DNA of 64,000 nucleotides from Tubulanus polymorphus (Eukaryota > Animalia > Nemertea): contig NC_134028.1 of assembly GCF_964204645.1 (NCBI RefSeq), forward strand, positions 14,639,653-14,703,652, in the 5' to 3' direction. Below, in pieces: positions 40,791 through 53,898 of this stretch. Below the pieces are notes generated by a model. It did no database searches and had not been told where the DNA came from. It saw nothing but the letters and a program-made list of their open reading frames with translations. The first letter of the stretch is position 1; each line of letters starts with the position of its first letter. The translations under genes and the position numbers were made by a program.

Positions 40791-41039
40791 CAAAATCATT
40801 GTTTTCTCGCGTTATTTTAGTTTTGTCGTTTTGTCGTTATGTCGCCCTCATTTGCATATTCGTCTTATCAGCCACTATACTAAAGCCTTAAGGTCGCGTA
40901 AAACTCTTACTCGATAAACACTTCAAGCGACACAGCGAACGATCTCCTTTCCTCCACAGCGAACGCTTACTCCGAATGTCAAGTGTGAGTCCAGCATACA
41001 GATAGGAGTGTGTTGTATACTTATATTTAGTAAATACGT

Positions 41040-41890
41040 TGTGCATTTGACAATGATCGGTATGTACTGTAGGAAATATAGAGTATTGATGGTATTGATA
41101 TAGAGGTTGAAGCCCGCGGCCGAATAAAGTAATATATTTCTTTATTTTGATACCTCGTCGACATAACAGCTTTTCTCAGCTATATCTCTTCGGCGTGTTT
41201 AGTTTAGGCCTACGACTCCCCGGTACGCGTATGATTTATCTTAGTAAATACACGGTTAATTTGGTAAAGAAAAATAGGTATTGCTAAACTAACTGCATGA
41301 AACCCGCAGCCAAATCACTGGTAGTTATAAATTAATTTGTACTCGATTTGATTCTCATGATGAGGAGAAACTCGCAGCTGATCCCCGGAACGACGATGTA
41401 GTAACACACGTCGAGTCGTCGATGTTTACGGCTCGACAGTGCTTTTAAAATCTAAAGTAGTAAATTTCCAGTGTATCGGTAATATGATTTTATGAGGAAA
41501 ATGGGCTATTGTTAAAATCACTGTTTGAAGACCGCGACTGAATGTGATGTCTGCAGCAATAAATTAGTTCATTTATACTTGAATTCATAATCGAAGTGAC
41601 AGTCGGCCTGCGGGTTGATTTCGGGATGACGAATCGGAAAAAAACATGTCGCCCCATTGAATGGGGCTAAATTTTCGATGTTTACGGCCCGACAGCGCTT
41701 TTGTAACGATGATTCGTGAAAAAACACGCGGGCTATTTGTAGATCTCAGTGAGCTGAACGATTTTATATTCAGATTGTATATGAAACAGCGGTAAGGTAA
41801 CAAAGCCTATGTTCTTTTGGTAAAAATGGTGTGGAAGAAAATAATAATAATAAATATAGCTGCAAAGCAGCGATAACGGGTTTTCTGCAC
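41040..41890 (-). mobile_element. HINE-like family 2 copy
   Basis: Reverse complement homology to 22247-23060. Confidence 0.75.
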
Positions 41891-42246
41891 AGTCTTAGAA
41901 TCCTGTTCAACGGTGGATTTTGACGAAGCATTTGATAAGGCACAACATCAGCCATTACTAAACAGGCTATTAGGAAACAGTATCAATGATAGGTCGCCCA
42001 AATGGCTCAGCAGTTATCTCTGAACGAAAACTTGTAGCTGAAATCAACGGAACGCCTCATCTTGGAATAAGTCGGTCAAACTAGTGGAGTCACTCAAGGT
42101 AGTATCCTAAGTCGTCTTCTGTCTAATGTCCTGACAAATGGAATACACAGTAATCCAAAATAAAAATTGTGAGTTAGAGTTAACTCTGAGTTAAAGTTAG
42201 TTCATTTTCGATGAGTTAACTCGGAGTTAAATCTTAACTCGGAACT

Positions 42247-43154
42247 GTGGAACTGGACCCTGGAGATTCAGAAAATGAAGAAGTCATTGGGCCGTATCTA
42301 TACGAACCGGAGCCAGATGAGACAAATGAATCCATTGTTCCGTCGAACAATCCCAACAGACTCAATAGGCTGAACCTGGATAATTTACACGAATGGTGGG
42401 TTTTATATTTGCTAATATGTGTTTGTATCTTTATATATAAATGCATTTTTGATAATGCACATTTTATGGTTAAAACAACCAACCCTAATAGAAACTTACC
42501 CTGTTTTTTTTTATCATTGATGCATGCCATGCAATTCAATAACAATAAGACCAAAAATAAATTTTCATAGCATTGTACCGTCGTCGTGTACTGTGTCCGT
42601 ACTGGGTTGCTTGTTATTTTCTTGTCAGTAGAAATCTATAAGGTTAGGGCCGAGCTGAACTTATGGACACTTTCTAGAACCCAAGTCTAATTTTCGCAAT
42701 GATTGTTTTTATTTTAAGGTGTTCGTGTACTCACTGCCAGGTGTTGCCCACAGAACCAGAATGTAGCTGTTGCCAGGAGAGTCCAGAGGTCACTCAAAAA
42801 TTGGCAGAAATTTTGGAATTTGAACACCACGAGGCCGTTCCTAAATGCATTACTGACACTAATGCATTTGCCTCTGTTTGTACAGATAGATGGGTGTTGC
42901 AGGTAGCCTGGTTAACATTCAAACAACAATATGGAAATAAAGCGTTTGAAGGACCCATCGAAGAGAAGTGTAGACACATAGCCTATCGACAATTTACCCG
43001 ATGGTGTTTGGGATACTGTGGCAGAAAAAATCGTGTTATTTTGCCGTCCTGTGTCGTTTCCTGCATCCGGGCTCATTTTCCTTCTGAAGATGGGGATGAG
43101 GATTTGTACAAAGGTTTCCGATGGCCAGCGTTAGAAGAAGAAAACGAAGACTGA
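42247..43154 (+). CDS. KolX / P2X7 ballast-like Cys-rich protein (spliced; start uncertain)
   Basis: PYLYEP exon, GT at about 42396, AG at about 42718; W-CSCTHC...ECSCCQE, CITD..F..VC, RHIAYRQFTRW..G..GRKNRVILPSCVV..IR..FP...YKGF. Confidence 0.85.
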
Positions 43155-43264
43155 TTGCCATAGCATTTCATTTAGTTAAATAACCTCAGTATTAAATTTT
43201 CTATATGAAATTTTATCACAGAATAAAAATTTTTCATCTTTCTACATTTCATTTTCAACTCATT

Positions 43265-46200
43265 TCATATTCTTTACAAATCTACTACGATGCAGTTCCA
43301 ACACCTCTTCCTTTGAAACTCGTTCTCGACCACTGGTCAGGCTTTGAGGAGCTCTAACAATATTTTTTTTGTATGTTGTTTCTTTTTGATATCTCCTATG
43401 ATTTCATTCAAACAATCATTGACATAATCTGAAGAAAATAGAATACTGATTTAAAATATGCTATTCAATTGACATTAAGACACCTTAAGTGACAAAGTTA
43501 TCTTTGAATCATTTAACTGCAGACGTCAGTGCAAATCTAATATGGATTTCTTACCATAAGTTGCATCATTTAGCAAAAATCGAAGCACATGACGTTTCTT
43601 ATATTTTGGGTATATCAATGACACACGACCAGTTCCATCTTTTTTTAGTTTTTGCATCCTGGAGCTGTTTTCATTGAAATGCATTGCTGCAATGTGGAGC
43701 CTAGAATGATATTAAAATATGTTAATAGCATATTAGAATAGAATTAATAGCATAATTCAGTTTTGAGCTTTTGCCTGACCTTGAGAGGAGTCCTCTGTAT
43801 GAAAACTGAAGCATTTTCGGGGCAAAATGGTTGAAGACAGAATGTAAACATTCTAATTGGCTTGTCTGTCCATATGGTGACATTTTGGTGACCTTGTTCA
43901 CTAATCTTGTTCCTTTCAAAACTTCTTCAATCTTGTCACCTGCTGGCGTACCTAGACGATTAAATTGATAGATTACTTCCACATTTTTCTAAATCAGGAT
44001 TGGGTATAGAACTATTCTATCTAGTACATGGTTTTCAATTAAATACCTGGTAACAACCACTTTTTCTGAGCCACATAAGGTTTGTGTTGACAATTGACGT
44101 GTACCCCCTGAACATGTTCCACAGCTGAGAGCCATTTTTCTTGATTGATTCCTTATCGTCTTTCGGGGAAGACGAAACACACCAGTATAGATGATATTTT
44201 AATGATTTCACCCAGTCTTGAATGTCCACAAAGGCTTTGGTCTTCGCTAATTTCTCTAACTTTTTTGTTATACCTGAAATTATAGATTATTAGATTTTTC
44301 AAGCTATCCAACGATATAAAAAGTGATTGCTGAAAGACCCAAAATGTGAAGAAAAACTAAGAGGGTATTTGACATTTTGACTCAATTCTATGCGCAATTT
44401 TCGAAACTGATCTATCAATTCAATCAAATAGTTTTGAAAATCATAGATTTGAGTCAAATTTGTATTTTTGCATTTATAATTTATACAGACATTTATGCAA
44501 AGATTTTTTTAACTTACTTTTGACAACGTGCCAGCAGTCATAATAGTGACTAACTTTCCATACTGTCCTTATCCATTTTCCAATCTGCAAATGCATATCT
44601 GATATAAATGCCTTTACCGGTATATTCCCTAATTCTGTTGTGCAGCGTTTTAGGCCCTCCAACTCCATGGCATTTGAGTTTTTAACTTCAGTTGACTAGA
44701 AAGGAATTGCGCAATATGGCATTTTTTATCAATGGCTATTAAAAAATAGATTTTAACTCACAACTTCAATCTGAAAACTTTTACGTCAGTATATCTACCT
44801 GCACTAGTTGCAGTGAAACAACTTTCTTCGCCTCGATGTCCATGATGGAGTAACTCCCAAATTTGGCAGAGTGTCCCATGGAGTCGCATCTCCCATCACC
44901 ACCGAGTAATCGCTCACCATTTAGACCATCCAAAATTGTTTTTCTGCTGACTTCCCAAACCCGGTTAATTGCTCCATGAAAGAAATTTCGTTGGTAGCGG
45001 AAAAAACGATCTCGTTGAATGAATGGCAATATTTAGCAACCTGGAAAAAAATTATGTTCCCACTATCAAATTTCAACCATCGAAACAGAGGATATTAGGC
45101 CTAAATGAATTTAGGACACAATTTTGAATATTTAACAATATCAGAAGTTCACATCTCTGGTGACTTACTCGAACAACCGTATAGATTTTGTTGGCCAGTT
45201 TCCAGTAAGCAAGATCATCGCACTTATCAAAATATTCAAAACTGGTTTCCCTGCAATATAATCCTGGTTCTGCCAACTACTCTGTTTCCAGCACAACTGG
45301 CATGTTGTTTGAACAACTAGTAATGTGCCTTTGGTTCTTTTCTCTATCTTGTTATAACCACCGCAAGAATTACAATGACGGAAAAGTTCAAATAGTTTAT
45401 GCTCGAAAACGATTACTTTAGCTTGTTTCCCATAATCTAGCTGGCTGTCATCTCTGAAAATTGGATAGATAGATCGTTGTAGGGTGGCACTAGTAATCAT
45501 CAGCAATAAGCATTACCTGAGACATACTCATAAAAAAGTTACCTCATTTCATCAAAAATAATATTTTCTTCATCAGAATCATAGTTATTATCACTACCCG
45601 AGTCAGATTCAGATGGAATGTATTCATCATCAGAATCATTATCCTCAGACGAACTGCTATCAACAACAAAGGTCTTCCTGCTGCTTCCAAGGGGCCGACC
45701 TTTCCTCTTCATATTTACCCCTGTGGCAATCGCTGAAATGCATGGTTGAAAACTTTAAAATAGTCTATAGGCCTAAATGAAATTTTTTTACTTTTTCATT
45801 ATAAGTATTGATATAGGATTGTGATCAAATCTGATAAGAAATTAGTCAATCATTGATTATATTGAAAATATTTCCTAAATGCAGTGCTTACTTTTTGTTG
45901 CAGGAGTTATCTGAACCCCCCGTGAGGTTTGGCGTACTTTTTTGAATACATAAACAGGTTTTGTTTTGTACCTTACTACTACTTTCGGTTTTGCTGGTGT
46001 CTTAAGCGTCTGAATAGCTGAATTTATCAAAAGATCAATAATTAAACTTTTGCTCTGTGAAAAACCAGTATCAACAATGAAAAAGGCACTACTGAAAAAG
46101 ATACTCACCTTTCGACACACAATCTGATGCACTTTGTATGCCAATTTCTTTAGATTTGGCGGCAATGTTGGACTCAACTAGGCAGTCCGGGTCTTGAAAC

Positions 46201-47057
46201 GAAGATTCATCATCGGGAATTACAGCTGAGGCTTTTTGAGGGTTCGCCACATTGTTAAATATTCTTTTTCTTTCTCTTTTTTTCATATGCAGCCCTGCCC
46301 TTTGGTCTGGGGGGTGAAAAAAGCATTTCGTCAGCTGAGTTTAATTGACTTGGCTGTACCGGCATATGAATTGTTGGTACAGCTCCTGACTTTAGCAGTA
46401 ACCTGAATAAATAAAACATTTTCTTCAGAAATCAGTTCATTTGGCAAAGCTCTCATAATGATATTATATGTTGCATTTTGATATTCATTTTGATTTGTGG
46501 CCTGTGCTACCTATGACCTTTTAGGACAGCTATGTTTAATCTTGTTTTCAATAAATGGAGTAGTCTATTATTATAAGATAAAGATACTTTTCACTCAGTA
46601 ATTCATAGATTTAATATTGTGAAATGGTCCCTTTTTGTAGTACGATGCCTGCATATGATGAAAGCGCTATTATAGCTTTTTACAGGCCAGGTTGTCCGGG
46701 GACCATCTCATCAAAATAATAAATCTTCAGTATCATCCAAATCCTATACTATACTCCTAAATCAGGAGGTTCCAGTCATATGGGCTGGAATTATTCATTT
46801 ATATTTCAAGGGTTTTATTATGAAGCTTACTTTTTCGCGAATTTTGCGTCAAACATCATCTTATTTGCACAAGCTGTTTCTTCAAAATGATACCGACATA
46901 AGACCGAATACCGGGTCGGCCCTGTCCAGTTTAAACGCTTCTAGCATACAAATTTCGTCCACATGGCCCTCGTCTTATCATCACTTGGCCAGTAGAATGT
47001 ACTTGCTTTGTCAGCACTGCCATGACTGCACCCATAAGCGACACAGCGAAGTCCCAT
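43265..47057 (-). pseudogene. Kolobok THAP-domain DDE transposase, multi-exon, disrupted
   Basis: THAP MGLRCVAYGC...WP...W...LCRYHF; GGDGRCDSMGHSAKFGSY; SNAMELEG; ISDMHLQI...HYYDCWHVVK; QTSQLECLHSVFNHFAPK; AAMHFNEN. Confidence 0.85.
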
Positions 47058-47348
47058 TTTGGAAAAGTAAACATGTAAATAATCATTTGTATAGATGAAC
47101 GCTGAGACAAAAGACTTCCTGGTACATGTAGTGACGTCACGCACTTGAGAATTCCGGAAATTGCCGATGTTTGTTTGCGGAAACTAGTTCAACACACCGC
47201 AAGAAAATGCAGTTACTTAAGTACTATTTTATAGATTTTATTAATAGATCTATGACTTTTAGAGCAAAAAACCTTTACAAATCCGTATTCTATATATTTT
47301 TTCCAAGGAAATTATGCCAGAATAAAATATCTGTCAGTTACCCTTTAA

Positions 47349-48638
47349 AATTAGTTTTTAAAAACCGCGACAGAATGTGCAATCTTTGGGTAATAAATTT
47401 GTTAATTTATGCTTGAATTGATAATTGATGTGACAAGAAACGTGCGGTAGATTTCGGATAGAGGACTTAGAAAAACATGTCGGCTCTTTGAATGGGGCTC
47501 AATTTTCGATGTTTACGGCCCGACAGTGCTTTTGTAACGATAATTTTTCAAAATACGCACGGGGTATTTGTAGATCGAAGTGAGCTGAATGATATCAGAT
47601 GGATTCTATCGACAACAGCGTCAAGGTAACAAAGCCTTTGTTCTTTTAGTAAAAAAAGTGTGGAAGAAAATAATAATAATAATAATCACGCGGATATCAA
47701 TAGGGTTTTCTGTGAAATAACAGAAAACCCTAATAATAAATATAGCTGCAAAGCAGCGAAAACGGGTTTTCTGGATGCATGCGATCGAAAGGAAAAATTA
47801 ATTACCGGGTATTCGATGGAAAAAATAAAATGAGATGATTTGGATATTATCGGAGCAATCCTCTTTTTGGTTGAATGGTCTAACCCCAGTATAGTCCCCG
47901 TGATTTGGAAATTCTCGGAGCCCTCCTTTATTTACTTACTAAATGACGTCACAAACTGTTATTTCGCCGGTGCTTGTTGTCTAACAATTCAATTCTTTAT
48001 TTACAGTAACCTAATAAGTAATTTTAAGTTTCAAATAGGATGGAAAGTATATTCAGACAATCTGTTGGTTCAGAGAGACCGTTATTACAGTATCAATTTA
48101 TACATTTCGTTTCGAAGATGTCAGTTGCCGAATCTGAATGAAGATGAATTTTATTTGACGAAATCGGCGGAAAATATATAATAATAATAATAATCAACAG
48201 AATTTCAAGAGGGTTTTCGACGAAAGTCAGAAAACGCTAATAATAAGAAACACGCGAATCTCAATAGGGTTTTCTGTGATGTAACAGAAAACCCTAATAA
48301 TAAGAAACACGCGAATCTCAATAGGGTTTTCTGTGATGTAACAGAAAACCCTAATAATAATAATAAGAAACACGCGAATCTCAATAGGGTTTTCTGTGAT
48401 GTAACAGAAAACCTTAATAATAAACACGCGAATCTCAATAGGGTTTTCTGTGATGTAACAGAAAACCCTAATAATAAGAAACACGCGAATCTCAATAGGG
48501 TTTTCTGTGATGTAACAGAAAACCCTAATAAGAAGAAACACGCGAATCTCAATAGGGTTTTCTGTGATGTAACAGAAAACCCTAATAATCACGCGGATAT
48601 CAATAGGGTTTTCTGTGAAATAACAGAAAACCCTAATA

Positions 48639-48640
<2 letters not shown>
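47349..48640 (-). mobile_element. Tandem HINE-like family 2 copies with amplified 5' end
   Basis: Head-to-tail junction at about 47735; homology to 22250-22612. Confidence 0.65.
48196..48640. repeat. ~57-bp tandem repeat with internal hairpin
   Basis: AAGAAACACGCGAATCTCAATAGGGTTTTCTGTGATGTAACAGAAAACCCTAATAAT, about 7 units; followed by (TA)n 48645-48702. Confidence 0.93.
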
Positions 48641-48710
<70 letters not shown>

Positions 48711-48774
48711 GGGGGTTTTAAGTATTTAGGTATCTAATACGTATCTAATACGCATCTAATACGTATTAAGGTGT

Positions 48775-49179
48775 CTAATACGTATCTAATACATAAATGC
48801 TTAAAATACCGCATTTTATAAATTTATATTCATAAGGAAATTGTAGTCTCAGTAATAATTTTGAACCTTTATTACTTTTAAATTCATTCATATATTCATC
48901 ATGTAATTCAGTAGGTATAATTTGATTTTCTTCCAGAGATTGTTGCATTGATTTTCTATCTTTAATGTAGAATAAAACTAGAAATCTAATGTTTTCTCTA
49001 AAATCTTTAACAATGGAATAATATTTTTTATTTAAAACCCATTTTGTTATCCCAAAATGTCTCCCCCGAGCTAAATAACATAACTCGCTTTCTCTAACTT
49101 TTAAATCATGTAAATTTGCACAATCATCTATAATGAATAATGTATTTGATCCTTTATAAATATCAATTGCAATTTTCAT
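48775..49179 (-). pseudogene. A32/FtsK-like DNA packaging ATPase, C-terminal half
   Basis: Walker B TLFIIDDC and arginine-finger motif GRHFGI; Walker A region deleted. Confidence 0.8.
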
Positions 49180-49189
49180 GGTTTAGTTA

Positions 49190-50371
49190 GTATTATCTTT
49201 TTGATCTTAAATATTTCTTCAGTAAAATTTGGAGTATAACCTTTATAAAATGTTTTTCGATATTTAAATATTCCTATTTTAAATTTAGTTTCTCCAAAAT
49301 TCATCCTCCCCGGCAGGGATTCGAACCTGATGGCATCGAGATTGCCACGGCAAGAAACCCTGCCATAATCGACCGTGTGCGCAGATACATGCGCAGTTCA
49401 GATGATGTGATTTTTAGCCAATCAGAAATCCCGTTTTATTTTAGCCCGGGTTTTCCCATTTATAGTTCTTCCTTGAAATTTGCCTCAACGATTATACAAC
49501 AAGCAATCTGATTGGTGCCGCCAGTTTTCGTTCGGAAAGCTGCGCATGTACCTGCGCACACGGTCTACTGATGCAGGGGTTCGTGCCGTGGCTGAGTGTA
49601 GCGATGCCATCAGGTTCGAGTCCCTGCAGAGGGAGGATGTCCAAAATTATGCGGTACAAACGCGCCATATAAATTATTCCAAACTATTTCTGAATTTTCT
49701 TTCTTTCTAGCTTGTATAGGTTTCATACCAATACTTGAATGTTTAGAATTATTTTAACCTTTCACTAAATCATCTAACACATCGATATATTGATATCTTT
49801 CATTAGCAGTTAAATATTTCCACATTCTAGTTTTAAATGTTTTTTTAAATCTTTCTATAATAGATACTTTTTTATCTGAATGCGTTGAAAAATAATCTAC
49901 ATCGTTTTCGGATGATAATGTTTTAAAATGTTTATTATAAAATTCCTTACCTTCATCAAATTGTATCTTACCTGGAATAGCTTCTTAAAATATTGATTTA
50001 AAAGCATTTGTTACTTCTATACCAGTTTTATTTTTGATTGGAATTGACCATGCGTATCTGCTGAATATATCTATAACATTTAATATCCAAAAATATCCTT
50101 TATTATGTTCTTCTAAGTTCTTCATGTCAATCAAATCTGCTTGCCATTGTTGATCAATAAATGAAACTATAACTTTTCTTGTTAAATAATTTTTATCCAT
50201 TTTCTTATGGATTTGATATGTGGGTTGATTTTGTAACCATAATTTTAATTCATTATATTTTATATTTTCATTATCAGATTTAATTTTATCCCATAATTCT
50301 GAAACACTAGAATATGATACTTCACTCTCTGGGTTATAATATAAATCTCTTAAATATTGTTCTTTTTTCAT
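49190..50371 (-). pseudogene. Retroviral-like (c-)integrase
   Basis: YYNP, QWQADLIDM, VIDIFSRYAW, IQFDEGKEF, IIERF, HSSIGMKP; internal stop at 49985 and MITE insertion. Confidence 0.92.
49302..49639. mobile_element. MITE with 9-bp TSD (Mutator-like) containing an inner inverted-repeat module
   Basis: TIRs CATCCTCCC...GGGATTCGAACCTGATGGCATCG / CGATGCCATCAGGTTCGAGTCCC...GGGAGGATG; TSD TCCAAAATT; inner IR GACCGTGTGCGCAG / CTGCGCACACGGTC. Confidence 0.85.
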
Positions 50372-51713
50372 CTTATTTTAATCCATAAATAATAATTTAG
50401 ATTTAGTTTCAATGATTTTATCATTTGACTTATTTTCTGGTATAATAGGTTTATCATCGGAATCATTATTGTTATTAAATTTAGATTTATATATTACACC
50501 AGAGAATATAATAACTGTGATTAACCCAATTGTAATATATAAGTAATTATTTCTTCCAGTATTAGAAGAATTAGATGGATTATCATTCGAATCAATATCA
50601 GATAATTTCTGTGATTCATTTATATCAGTTAATTACTTTTTCTTAGCTCTTTTTAATTCTGCAGATCTTTTACCCAATTCCCTTGCCCATTTAATTTGTT
50701 TTTCGGATCTAGGTTTCTTCTTAATATCATAACTCATTTATTTTAGTTAATTGTTGTTCTGATTCTCTCTGTTTCGCCGTGTGGGTGTCGTACGGCACCA
50801 TCCGTTTCGTTCTTACCTGATTTATATTCTATAGGTTTGATATTCGAAAATGTTATGACACCAGTAGAGATTAATGTCATAACCGATCCTAATTGAAATG
50901 AAGTGTATCCAACCCATTTTTGTAATTCATTCATAACTAAGTCGTCATTTTTTAAATCAATATATAATTTATTTTCATCGATAATTGACATTAACCGGTT
51001 ACATAATTTTGAATAACATTTGACAATACCATCAAAAATAGAATCATTTATTCTAGCTAATCTAGCTTCTTCATATATTTTGAAATGTTTGATTACTTCA
51101 TCTGGTTTCATATTATCTAATTCTTGAAAAGTTATAATTTTCCCAATAAACTCTTAAGATTTTCCACCAGCAATCAATAGTTCAAGATGGTGCTTACATG
51201 TTAAATAGTATTCAAAATCAATATTATTATCAACTTCAGCACAATTAGTAACAACTGTATCATTATTATCTGTAATACCTAAATCCTCAATTGTCTTTTC
51301 AATATCGGTATTATTCTTATTAGATTTCTTTGGCATTTATATTAGAGAAAAAGCGAAAAAATATTATACTTATTCTTCAAATGAAACTAGTAACTCTTTA
51401 GTTAATACTAGCTTAGTTAAGTTAAAGAATTCTAGTATTAACTAGATTTGAATAGCTATTTGAAGATAAAGAATTTCTATTCAATTCTATTCAAAATATA
51501 AAGTATTCTCTTTTGAAAAGAAATAATCGATTTTGAATACAAATAAAAATAATGGCTAGTTGAAGATATGAAATTTTTAATATATTTTATTTAAATTTGG
51601 ATTTAGATTATCTCACTTCTTTGGTCTATCTATAGGAGCAATTACTATAACTGTCCAGATAAGTCATTTCGGATCCTCGATAATAAATCATATTCCATAA
51701 TTGTATAAATCTT

Positions 51714-52315
51714 TCAGCTTTGATTATTTGATAATTCATTATCAATTTTATCACGTTTAATTCTATTTTCTATTTTCGATAAAGGTTGAATATTCTTCCA
51801 ATTACATATTGTTTTTATTTCAGATTCATTTTCTATTGATGATAATGGGATAACATGATCTAACTCCCAATATTCTCCATGATTCTCAAATTTCATGTTA
51901 TTATCGAACTGATATTCTATCCATGCATAAAAAAAGTCTATAGAACACCCTAAATAACCAATTGATCTATCAGATTTTATATAATTTTTGAAAACTCTGT
52001 TCAAACTAGTTCTGTTAGTATGCTTTAATTTGAATAATGGATCTGAATTATATTTTACTTTTTGGTAATTATTGATATGTTCACGGTTATCTTTTATCCA
52101 TTCTCTCATGTATTCTGGGTTATTTTCTCGATATAGTGCATTATTTTGTTTCCAACATGTTTTACAAATATTTTGTAAACCATCTTTGTAAAACTTTTGT
52201 TTATAATATTCTGAAGATTGTTTATTTATTCACACTTAGAACATATGTTATGATAAATATTTATAACACCAGCGTTATTTGTAATATTAATGATTTGTGG
52301 CTGTTTACTTTCCAT
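51714..52315 (-). pseudogene. HNH endonuclease (giant-virus/phage type)
   Basis: YLGCSIDFF..WIEYQF...M..ENHGEYWELDHVIPLS...NWKNIQPL...EN..K; N-terminal CxxC pairs; start TAAATG at 52315. Confidence 0.75.
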
Positions 52316-53412
52316 TTACAATATATGAATTTTTTATTTTATTTGAAATCTATTTGATAATTTCCGTCTGTTCGTCCTCGACTTACGTCATCCTTTTTCA
52401 TTCCTCGCTACTTTTGATAAGTCATTTCGGATCCTTGATATCAAAAACATACCAGTTGCAATGTCCAAGGCGGGCATTTAGGCCCGTTTTTGATCAGTGC
52501 GCATGCGCCAATCATAATTTTATATTCATTCTAAAAAATTGAAACGACCGAACATAGAACATTCACACGCATGCGTACTGAGCAAAAGCGGGCATTTAGG
52601 CCCGTTTTTTATCAGTGCGCATGCGCCAATCATAATTATATATTCATTCTATAGAATTGAAACGACCGAACATAGAACATTCACCAAGCAGATTTACACA
52701 ATACATATACAGGTATGTTCGGCCGTTGTATTGGCAAAATTTATAGTTTCAACTAATACATCATTTTATTTCTATAATTCCAACCAGGACTCTTCAATTT
52801 CAGGATTGTTTCCAATCATTTCTTCAATTTCTGGCACATATCTGACTACTTCACTAAATGACAAACTTAATAATTGGAATCTTTTATACTTAAATAATCT
52901 ACCTACGCTTCTTAATTTTCTTTCATGCCTGGAACTAATACTTATATTTCTTTTTACCCAAGAAGCCCAAGAAATCCCCGCAGTTTGTTTATTAAACATT
53001 AAAAAACCCCTATTTAAATAATCCCCGAAAATGATATTGTCCCATAAATGTTTCGCTTTTTTAAATAATTAAGATATATAGTTCTATATAAAGATCTCTT
53101 CTTGTGATTCTTTCACTTCTACGCCTTTTTCTATTGGATCGACTTCCATTGCTGTTGATATTAGTGGTAACTCTAGCTATCTAAAAGATATACTCAATAT
53201 AAATATATTTAAAGGTTTCATATTTAGTAGCCTCAATAACAACAAAAACTGTACTTAAATTTAACTCGCGAACTGTAAACTCCGAATTATATCCGAAATG
53301 GGATAGATATTATAACTGTATATGTGTGTCTGTTTGAGGGAGCGGTCTCTGGTTCAGTGTTAATGCGTCCTGGTATGTACTAGCGCATACGAAACTGCCA
53401 GTTATTTAATTA

Positions 53413-53577
53413 GGGATCACTCATTTATTACGTTCGCATAAAATTTGAAATTTCCAACCCCCCTCCCCCTCTGTACGCAAAATCGGCCATTTTTTCATAT
53501 ACATTAAGCATTACAATACGCAATTGCACTGACCCCCTCCCCCTCCCCTAATGCGTACGTAATGAATGAATGACCCC
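53413..53577. mobile_element. Tourist-like (PIF/Harbinger) MITE
   Basis: TIRs GGGATCACTCATTTATTACGT / ACGTAATGAATGAATGACCCC; TSD TTA. Confidence 0.8.
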
Positions 53578-53898
53578 TTAACAAGCACCATCTGTCACCG
53601 TTTGCAGTAAACGATCGTTAATAATTCCGCGCGTAAGTAGGCAACAGGTGTTTTTCAGTTTTACAGCGTTGTATGATATAATGTTAGATATCAACGGGTA
53701 GTATGAATATGGCTCAATCCTTATCTCACTACTCTGTCTATCTAAGTGAGATTTAGTTTTTATTATGTCTTGCTTTTTGAGATTTATCTATATTAATCTA
53801 TCGGACAGTAGTACTTATTTGCTTCCATTTTAATATGAAATTTTTTATTAAAATTGATTTTAGATGTTATTCATATTCATATATATGAATATTATAAG

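Larger units (their letters stand above)
41950..47344. mobile_element. Kolobok DNA transposon (left end not located)
   Basis: Right end ...CAGTTACCCT|TTAA inserted at a TTAA of repeat family 2 (empty site near 22612); convergent THAP-DDE transposase and KolX genes. Confidence 0.8.
48705..53898 (-). mobile_element. Polinton-like segment D (decayed)
   Basis: ATPase, integrase, small ORFs (50737, 51111, 51336), HNH nuclease, hypothetical ORF at about 52772-53150, Zn-finger remnant starting at about 53827. Confidence 0.85.

Noticed and set aside
48205-48646. Repetitive ORFs of 115 and 139 aa
   Set aside because: Translation of the 57-bp tandem repeat
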